Shown here piece after piece: positions 44,775 to 51,552 of a DNA stretch of 64,000 nt; position 1 is the stretch's first letter, and each line of letters opens with the position of its first letter. The notes beneath the pieces are model-generated. The model was not told the origin of the DNA. It worked only from the letters and a program-made list of their open reading frames with translations, and did not search any database. Origin of the DNA: Elusimicrobia bacterium RIFOXYA2_FULL_39_19 (GTDB lineage Bacteria > Elusimicrobiota > Endomicrobiia > CG1-02-37-114 > XYA2-FULL-39-19); assembly GCA_001800285.1 (NCBI GenBank), contig MGVC01000075.1, positions 19,058 to 83,057 on the forward strand, given 5' to 3'. A program made the translations under genes and the position numbers.

Positions 44775-46247
44775 ATGAACAAAATTAAAGCCATAAAAAT
44801 TATTGCAGGATTAGAAAAACAAAAAGCCGTAAAAAAGCGGATAACCGCTGTTTCTATGATTTTTGTTATATACTGTCTGTTTACAGGAAACGTCACGGCT
44901 GATTTTAATTATACAGGCATTGGTGCCCGGCCTGTTGCTTTGGGTAATTGTTATACGGCATTTTCTGATGATGCTTTTGGGGTTTATTATAACCCCGGCG
45001 GTTTATGTTTTGCGCGCTACCCGGAAATAAGTACGCAGTTCGGCCAACTTTGGATGAATTTGACTGATAACTCAAATCTTACTGACGGTTATTTAGGCGG
45101 AGTTTATCCGGTGGAAAAAGCAGCTTATGGTTTTGCGGTCCAGAAATTTTCGCTTGACGGATATTATTCTGAAAACACAATGTCATTTGCCTATAGCAGA
45201 AAAATCAGCGATTCTCTGGGACTGGGTGTTACTTTCAGGCAGATGCAGCAGGCCTATACTATGGATGAATATACTTTGACGGATGAAGTATTCAATAACG
45301 GCAATACAGTATCAAAGGCTGCCTTTGGTATTGACCCCGGTTTACTGTGGGCCTTTTATCCGGACTATTTTTTCGGAATGTCCATAATAAATCTAAACCA
45401 GCCGGATTTTGGCCTGGTGGAAAAAGAAATGCTTCCCGTAACATTTAATTTTGGGTTAAGTTACAGGAGCAACTATCCTTTAGGAGACATAAGCCTGGGT
45501 TTAGGTCTCAGTCAGACGGATAAGGATTATAAAATCACTTCAGGCATAGAGAAATTATTAATGAAGGGGAAATTAGCCGCCAGGCTTGGCTACGGGTTCG
45601 GTTCCAGCCAGTATTCGGGAATTTCTGTGGGTATAGGTTTAAAAATTGTACAGGCAACGTTTGATTATTCATTAAATTTCCCTGTAAGCGGAATGAAGCA
45701 GACCGGAGGAACACAGCGCATAAGTTTGACTTACCGGTTTGCCAGGCTCTCTGAAGAAGAAATGGAAGGCCAGCAGAATTTCAAAGCTGAAAAAGCCCAG
45801 CTGATAAAGAAGTATGAAGGCCAGGTAAAAGAGCTTGAAAATAAAATATCGGAACTTGATGCAAAATTTGCAGAGTCCCAAAGAATGCCGGCAGCACAGC
45901 AGACCCCTCGGGATATAGAAAATAGCAGGAAGATTGAAAAACAGATTCTTGAAATGCAGGGAAAATTGAAAAATCAGAAAATACAGAAAGAGCAGGAGCT
46001 GCAGGCTCCGGTGCCTCAAAAAGTTATTTACGATGAGCCGCTGCAGGAAGTAATACCCAAAGTGCAGCCACAGACCCCTAAAGAACCTGCCGCAAAGACT
46101 CACACGGTAAAAGAAGGAGAATCCCTGCTTTCCATAGCACAGAAATATTATAATGATTCATCAAAATGGAAAATTATTTACGAAGCAAATAAGAGTAAAA
46201 TTGAAAGAGGCCAGGTTTTACCGGGCCAGGTACTTAAAATCCCATAA
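44775..46247 (+). CDS. FadL/PorV-like outer-membrane barrel + coiled/linker segment + C-terminal LysM (paired with cargo 3)
   Basis: ATG at 44775 lies 1 nt after the cargo-3 stop; the track's TTG at 44763 overlaps it. Signal-like ITAVSMIFVIYCLFTGNVTA. Barrel signature GIGARPVALGNCYTAFSDDAFGVYYNPGGLCF, then ~290 aa of beta sequence. A K/E/Q-rich linker follows. Terminal LysM: HTVKEGESLLSIAQKYYNDSSKWKIIYEANKSKIERGQVLPGQVLKIP. Confidence 0.75.
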   Translation: MNKIKAIKIIAGLEKQKAVKKRITAVSMIFVIYCLFTGNVTADFNYTGIGARPVALGNCYTAFSDDAFGVYYNPGGLCFARYPEISTQFGQLWMNLTDNSNLTDGYLGGVYPVEKAAYGFAVQKFSLDGYYSENTMSFAYSRKISDSLGLGVTFRQMQQAYTMDEYTLTDEVFNNGNTVSKAAFGIDPGLLWAFYPDYFFGMSIINLNQPDFGLVEKEMLPVTFNFGLSYRSNYPLGDISLGLGLSQTDKDYKITSGIEKLLMKGKLAARLGYGFGSSQYSGISVGIGLKIVQATFDYSLNFPVSGMKQTGGTQRISLTYRFARLSEEEMEGQQNFKAEKAQLIKKYEGQVKELENKISELDAKFAESQRMPAAQQTPRDIENSRKIEKQILEMQGKLKNQKIQKEQELQAPVPQKVIYDEPLQEVIPKVQPQTPKEPAAKTHTVKEGESLLSIAQKYYNDSSKWKIIYEANKSKIERGQVLPGQVLKIP

Positions 46248-47363
46248 TTGGAGTATATTGTGGACAAAAACATAGAACAACTAAAAGACAAAATAGCAAG
46301 AATAAAGGAAAAATCCAGGGAGATTTCTAAAAAAATATCTTCCAATATAGACACACAGCCTAAAACATATTCCGAAACTGTTATCCCGGCAGGGCTGGAT
46401 ACTACGAGAAAACAGGATTCCCCGGCAGTACCGGCTTCATTTAAAATTGAAAACAAAATCAAAGAAGAAGAATTACGCCATAAAATAGCCGAACTGGAAC
46501 AGGAAAAAAGTTATCTTGCAACAAAACTTACCAATATTCAAAACGAAAAAATACTTTCAGAAGCCAGATCAGGTGAACTGTCAAAGAAAAACGAGGAATT
46601 GAATAAAAAGCTGATAGAGCTTGATAAGGGCAAAAAAACCGTTGAACAAGAAGTAGAAACCATAGCGGAAACACTCAAAAAGTTTGACCAGACTTCCTGG
46701 AACAAATATTCGGTTGATTTAATATGCCAGTTTATTGGCGAAGCCAGCAGATATTTCAGAAATTCACAGGGTATGATAAATGAAGCCATTAAAATGTGTA
46801 CCGACGATAAAGGTATGTCAGATTCACTTAAAAAGAAAATAGCTGTTGTGCAGAACGAAATACTAAGGGTATTGAATGTTTTTTCCGATGCAAAAACAAA
46901 ATATACTTTTAAAGGCATAAATATTCAAAGAGTTAATCTGAAAAACTTTATTGAAAACGTAGTTTCTAAAAATACAGTTAAAATACAAAATAAAGTAAAA
47001 ATAGAAACCCGTATTCACGATTCGGACTGTTATGTAAACATTGACCCGGACATCTTTGAAGATGCTTTTAGTGAAATGATTACAAATTCTTCGGAATCCA
47101 TCTTAAAAGACGGTGTCATAAGAATAGAATCACATGCCATAGGAAGGAAAACAGTAATAGAAATATCCGATACCGGCTTAGGCGTGCCTCCTCATCTTAT
47201 GGACAAAATTTACTGCCCGTTTTTTTCAACAAAACAGGATCATACAGGACTGGGCCTTACCAGGGTATACTGGGTAGTTCAGCTTCATAAAGCAGAGATA
47301 GACCTTGAAAGCCAGGTAAATGCAGGTACCAAAATTACCATCATTTTACCTGAGGAGGAATAA
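46248..47363 (+). CDS. Soluble coiled-coil + histidine-kinase-like ATPase (HATPase_c intact, no H-box histidine) (module 2)
   Basis: N-terminal ~150 aa are coiled coil with no TM segment. ATP-binding boxes are readable: N box FSEMITNSSESI, G1 ISDTGLGVP, F box CPFFSTK, G2 GLGLTRV. At the expected H-box the sequence is FIGEASRYFRNSQGMI, where a canonical kinase reads (S/A)HE(L/I)RNP. That puts Arg where the phospho-accepting His should be. TTG start at 46248; GTG at 46260 is an alternative. Confidence 0.7.
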   Translation: MEYIVDKNIEQLKDKIARIKEKSREISKKISSNIDTQPKTYSETVIPAGLDTTRKQDSPAVPASFKIENKIKEEELRHKIAELEQEKSYLATKLTNIQNEKILSEARSGELSKKNEELNKKLIELDKGKKTVEQEVETIAETLKKFDQTSWNKYSVDLICQFIGEASRYFRNSQGMINEAIKMCTDDKGMSDSLKKKIAVVQNEILRVLNVFSDAKTKYTFKGINIQRVNLKNFIENVVSKNTVKIQNKVKIETRIHDSDCYVNIDPDIFEDAFSEMITNSSESILKDGVIRIESHAIGRKTVIEISDTGLGVPPHLMDKIYCPFFSTKQDHTGLGLTRVYWVVQLHKAEIDLESQVNAGTKITIILPEEE

Positions 47364-47365
47364 AA

Positions 47366-48460
47366 ATGCCGAGGCTTGAAACAACTCATGAAGCAATGAG
47401 GCATTATTACAGGGGCCGGGTATTCGAATCTACCGGCGAAATAGATATTGCTGTAAGTGAATATAAAAAAGCTATAGAGTTAGGAGCTGATTATGCAGAT
47501 ATTCATAATAGTATGGGCAGGGCATATGCAAAAAAAGGCCAGTTTGTCGAAGCATCAAAAGAATTTCAGTGTGCCTTGCAGATGAATCCTCATTATCTTG
47601 AAGCCCAGAGAAACCTTATAGAGCTTGAAACCAGGTTGACAGTCATTCAGAAAGAAAAAGAAAATACGACTATTAGCAGAAAGTTATTTTATAAAACTGA
47701 AAGCAGGCCCGGCAAACGCAGAAAATTTCCTCTTGTCCCTGTATTATCTATTGTGGCAGGAATAGTTCTGTTTACGCTTACTTCGGTTCTGGTAACAAAC
47801 ATGATTTTTCCGGCTAAATTAAAAAAATATACTGCACCTTCAGAAAATGTAACAGGTATTTCTTTTGACGACAAGGATATTTGGCTTTGCGATTGGTTCA
47901 AGCAGGAAATATACTGTGCCAAGATAATTGATGATGAATTAATAGTAAAAAAGACCTATTCCATGAAAACAAGTTTCCCCATCGGTGTTGCCATAGGTAA
48001 AAACTATCTCTGGACCTGCGATGGCTGGAACAAAAAAATAAGCAAACACATGTACGACAATGATTTATCCATCCTGGCAAGTTACCCTTCCCCGGGCAAC
48101 AATCCCTCATCTTTGTGTTTTGACGGCGAAAATCTATGGTCTACCGATGCTGATTCGAAAAAAATCTATAAACACAGCATGGATGAGATGAATTTATCAC
48201 CAGAGACTGTATACAAAAGCCCCTGCTCCAGGCCGATGGGTTTTTCTTATGACGGTAAAAACTACTGGTCAGTTGACGGAGATAATAATATAATCTACAA
48301 ACACAGAAAAAACATGAACATAATTGATCAATACCAGATGAATTTTCCTAATAAAAAGTTAAGCGCAGTGCTGGTAGACAAGAAAAATGTCTGGATTGCT
48401 TTTGAAGGTGATTCCGGCCTGCTTTGTTATCCGAGAAGCAAAATACTGAAACAGGAATAA
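47366..48460 (+). CDS. Bitopic membrane protein: cytoplasmic TPR - TM - periplasmic beta-propeller (module 2)
   Basis: RBS GAGGAGGA upstream. TPR: YYRGRVFESTGEIDIAVSEYKKAIELGADYADIHNSMGRAYAKKGQFVEASKEFQCALQMNPHYLEA. TM: FPLVPVLSIVAGIVLFTLTSVLVTNMIF. Blade-like repeats match those of 38395-39591: IWLCDWFKQEIYCAK, LWTCDGWNKKISKHM, LWSTDADSKKIYKHS, YWSVDGDNNIIYKHR, VWIAFEGDSGLLCYP. Confidence 0.7.
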   Translation: MPRLETTHEAMRHYYRGRVFESTGEIDIAVSEYKKAIELGADYADIHNSMGRAYAKKGQFVEASKEFQCALQMNPHYLEAQRNLIELETRLTVIQKEKENTTISRKLFYKTESRPGKRRKFPLVPVLSIVAGIVLFTLTSVLVTNMIFPAKLKKYTAPSENVTGISFDDKDIWLCDWFKQEIYCAKIIDDELIVKKTYSMKTSFPIGVAIGKNYLWTCDGWNKKISKHMYDNDLSILASYPSPGNNPSSLCFDGENLWSTDADSKKIYKHSMDEMNLSPETVYKSPCSRPMGFSYDGKNYWSVDGDNNIIYKHRKNMNIIDQYQMNFPNKKLSAVLVDKKNVWIAFEGDSGLLCYPRSKILKQE

Positions 48461-48463
48461 TTT

Positions 48464-50317
48464 ATGGAAAGTTTAAATAATCTGATCATATTATCAGGGA
48501 GTTTTGCTGCGCTTGTGCTGTTATTTGCCCAGTTCTTTTTTAAACCGGCAAAAAAAACAACAGCAAGGCCTGTAAATGCGGTTAAAACACAGTCTCCGAT
48601 GATATTTAAAACATTAATATCAAAGTTCAGGCAGATTGATACCATGGTAGATTCATTACGAACGCAAAAAAATGTTGAATTGCTTAAGTCTGAAGTTGAA
48701 TCGTTGAAAAACTATGTAGCTGACATAGAAGCAAGCATTATAGAAAAAATCAAAATGAAAGATAATGAAAAACTGCAGCTTAAGGCACAGGTTACGCTGA
48801 TAAACACAAAAATAGAATCTGCTTTTGTGCATCTTACAGAAGACGAGAGCAAGCTGGCATATAACAAACAGTTGCTGGAATCGAAAATACATACTTTTGA
48901 AGAAAAAGAAAGCTCAGAAATAAAAACAATAAACAACGATATAGAAAATTTAAAATCAATTCTATCCGATTACAGCGCCAGATTTAAAACAATGAATACG
49001 GAGGTTTTAAGCAATGAGGTAAAGGCGTTGTCTAGTGAAATGGCGATTTTAGAAAACAATTACGAAATAAGCAAAGAAAAATTCAGCCTTAATTTAAGCA
49101 CCAAAGATACAGATATAATTAAATTGAATGAAGAGTTTATTAAAATAAAAGAAGAAAAAGCTGCAGTGTTGGATATAATTCATAAAAGGAAAAGATTGCT
49201 TGAAAACGAAATTCAGCAACTTAAGCATAAATATGATCAGGAAATACAGAGAAGCCTGAAGGAAAAGGAAGATAAAAAAACAGAGATAGAAAATTTGAAC
49301 CAGGCTATAACAACTACTGAAAAAGAAAATAAAGCTATTGAAAACCTTATTACCTTAAGAACAGGCCTTGAAAAACAAATTGCTGACCTGACAAAAAGAA
49401 TTAAGGAACAGGAAAGGTCACATTTAAATAGCATAGAAGAGAAAAACGAAATATTAAAAACATTGTCTGTAAGTGCCCAGGAAAAAGAAAATGAAATAAG
49501 TAAAAGATATGAAGAAGAACGGCAGAAGACACTTCTGGAACAGATTGAACTGGAAAATGAAATTAAACGATTAAATGAAAACTGCGATAAGCTTAAGAAT
49601 ACAAGCATTGCGGCAGAATCGGCGCTAAAAGAAGAAGTTGAAAAACTGCAGAAAGCATATCGCCAGAACGAAGGAAAATACCAAAACGCAAAGAAGGGCC
49701 GCCTGAAGGTAGAGCAGGGTATACACGACAAGTTAAAAATTCAGCTTGACGAATTGCAAAAAGACATAGAAACGAAAACAGCAGATTACAAAAATGAGCT
49801 CAAGACCAGAGAAGAGCAAGTGTATATATTAAGAACACGCTTAGGCATAAGGGAAGATAAACTGCTTTCTGACATACAACGGCGCAGGGATCTGCAAGCC
49901 AAAATTATTGAAGACCTTAAAGTAACAGGTGATAAACTTAGAAAAACAACTCAGGGCACTACTGAGAAATATAGCAGAAATGTGGATGCCGTATCGAAAA
50001 AAGTTGAATCTATTAAATCTGACGTTGCTTCTGTAGACGCATTTATCAAGCAGGAAGAACTGTTGTCAAATAAGCTTGAGGCCCAGAGAAAGAAAATTGA
50101 AAACGAAATAGCAATAATAGAAGATAAATTGACCCGTGACCTGCATGATATGAAAGAGTTTATAACAATGAAAAATAGACAGATAAAAATGCTTTCAGAA
50201 GAAATAATTGAAAAAGAAAATCTTTTAAGGGCAGAACATACAGCATTAGGAAAGATTGTGCATTCTACCGTTGAACTTAAAACCCAAAAAAGCAAAATAG
50301 GCCTGGAAAAAGAGTAA
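48464..50317 (+). CDS. N-terminally membrane-anchored coiled-coil protein (617 aa)
   Basis: One N-terminal hydrophobic helix (LIILSGSFAALVLLFAQFFF), then ~560 aa of K/E/L/I/N-rich coiled-coil-type sequence. It starts 3 nt after the preceding stop. Confidence 0.75.
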   Translation: MESLNNLIILSGSFAALVLLFAQFFFKPAKKTTARPVNAVKTQSPMIFKTLISKFRQIDTMVDSLRTQKNVELLKSEVESLKNYVADIEASIIEKIKMKDNEKLQLKAQVTLINTKIESAFVHLTEDESKLAYNKQLLESKIHTFEEKESSEIKTINNDIENLKSILSDYSARFKTMNTEVLSNEVKALSSEMAILENNYEISKEKFSLNLSTKDTDIIKLNEEFIKIKEEKAAVLDIIHKRKRLLENEIQQLKHKYDQEIQRSLKEKEDKKTEIENLNQAITTTEKENKAIENLITLRTGLEKQIADLTKRIKEQERSHLNSIEEKNEILKTLSVSAQEKENEISKRYEEERQKTLLEQIELENEIKRLNENCDKLKNTSIAAESALKEEVEKLQKAYRQNEGKYQNAKKGRLKVEQGIHDKLKIQLDELQKDIETKTADYKNELKTREEQVYILRTRLGIREDKLLSDIQRRRDLQAKIIEDLKVTGDKLRKTTQGTTEKYSRNVDAVSKKVESIKSDVASVDAFIKQEELLSNKLEAQRKKIENEIAIIEDKLTRDLHDMKEFITMKNRQIKMLSEEIIEKENLLRAEHTALGKIVHSTVELKTQKSKIGLEKE

Positions 50318-50363
50318 TTTTTGGTCCTACACCTTCCTGATTAGATTCCAGATTATATTTTAG

Positions 50364-50392
50364 TTGAAACATTTAATCTTTTTAAGTAGAAT
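50364..50392 (+). promoter_or_regulatory. Sigma70-like promoter (TTGAAA-17 nt-TAGAAT) upstream of the GGDEF gene
   Basis: TTGAAA at 50364-50369, 17-nt spacer, TAGAAT at 50387-50392, located 31 nt upstream of ATG 50424 in a 106-bp intergenic gap. Confidence 0.5.
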
Positions 50393-50423
50393 GTACCCGT
50401 AAAAAGAAAGCAAGGAAAATTAT

Positions 50424-51524
50424 ATGACCGAACATAAAACTATTGAAGAATTGGAATCTGACGGTTACCGCATAATAGACGTAATTGCCGGTGATATACC
50501 CACATCAAAAGAAACCCAGTATATTATTGATAAAATTGCCCAGGAAAAAAGAGGCACTTTCTACAGCGATATACTTTATACGCTGAGTTCAGAAAGATTT
50601 TCTGAAAACGAAGCAAAAGACCTTTGGCAGGGTATACTGCGGCATAAATACATTATCAGTGAAACCCTGAAAAGAAATATCGGTGTACACGTAGCCGCGC
50701 TTGACTACCTGGAAAATATCAAAAAAATCATCACTTCTCCAAAAATTCTTGATGAAACAGAATTTCGTGAGACCCTGAAACTAGCAGAAACAGACCCTTT
50801 GACAGGTGTTTACAACCGGCGTGTAGCCATAAGGGAAATCAGTGACGAAATTAAACTGTCGAAAAAATCAGGGCTGAAATTTTCCATAATGATGATGGAT
50901 TTGGACGGTTTTAAGGATTATAACGATAAAGAGGGTCATACAGCAGGGGACCTGATTCTTCAGGAAATAACAGGAGTATTTAAAACCGAATTGCGCAAAG
51001 GCGATATTGTAGGCAGATACGGCGGAGATGAATTTATTATCGTGCTTCCCGGCACAGAAAAAATGCCGGCAAAACACGTGGCTGAAAAAATACGCCTAAG
51101 AGTAGAAAATGAATTTAAATCTGTAAACATTACCATAAGCATAGGAATAGCTGAATATCCTACTGACGGTAAAACGCTAGATGATATAATTACTAATGCT
51201 GATGAAGCTCTTTACAGGGCCAAGGAATTCGGAAAAAACAGGGTTATATATTTTAAAATAATTGATATTAAATATAAGCAGCAGGTTCCTGCGAAAGACG
51301 TAATTTGTGTAGGAGATTTTAACCGCTGGAGCAAAAAACACGGTAAAATGCAGTTTAATAATGATACTCATGAATGGATGATCAGTATGAGTTTAAAACC
51401 CGGAGTGTACAGATATAAATTTCTGGTAGACGGCACCAAATGGCTTGCAGACCCTGCTTCAACAGAATTAATTGAAGACGGTTTCGGGGGCAATTGTTCC
51501 GTATTGCGCGTACCGGCAGAATAA
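50424..51524 (+). CDS. Diguanylate cyclase (GGDEF, active-site and I-site intact) with C-terminal CBM48/AMPK-beta-like glycogen-binding-type domain
   Basis: GGDEF domain: DPLTGVYNRR...MMMDLDGFKDYNDKEGHTAGD...LRKGDIVGRYGGDEFIIVLPG...ADEALYRAKEFGKNRV. It has a canonical GGDEF motif and RxxD (RKGD) exactly 5 residues upstream, which is the allosteric I-site. C-terminal ~80 aa: VICVGDFNRWSKKHGKMQFNNDTHEWMISMSLKPGVYRYKFLVDGTKWLADP. This shows the G.FN.W....M.......W......L..G.Y.YKF.VDG.W..DP signature of CBM48/E-set domains. No TM segment. Confidence 0.85.
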   Translation: MTEHKTIEELESDGYRIIDVIAGDIPTSKETQYIIDKIAQEKRGTFYSDILYTLSSERFSENEAKDLWQGILRHKYIISETLKRNIGVHVAALDYLENIKKIITSPKILDETEFRETLKLAETDPLTGVYNRRVAIREISDEIKLSKKSGLKFSIMMMDLDGFKDYNDKEGHTAGDLILQEITGVFKTELRKGDIVGRYGGDEFIIVLPGTEKMPAKHVAEKIRLRVENEFKSVNITISIGIAEYPTDGKTLDDIITNADEALYRAKEFGKNRVIYFKIIDIKYKQQVPAKDVICVGDFNRWSKKHGKMQFNNDTHEWMISMSLKPGVYRYKFLVDGTKWLADPASTELIEDGFGGNCSVLRVPAE

Positions 51525-51552
51525 CAAAAAATAAACATCACATTTCATAAAA

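Noticed and set aside
17398-46247. Calling the locus a canonical type IX secretion system
   Set aside because: Only cargo-CTD-like and PorV/FadL-like elements are seen. No PorK/L/M/N (GldK/L/M/N), SprA/Sov, PorU/PorZ or PorP-like genes are recognisable in 64 kb, and CTD similarity is judged by eye only.
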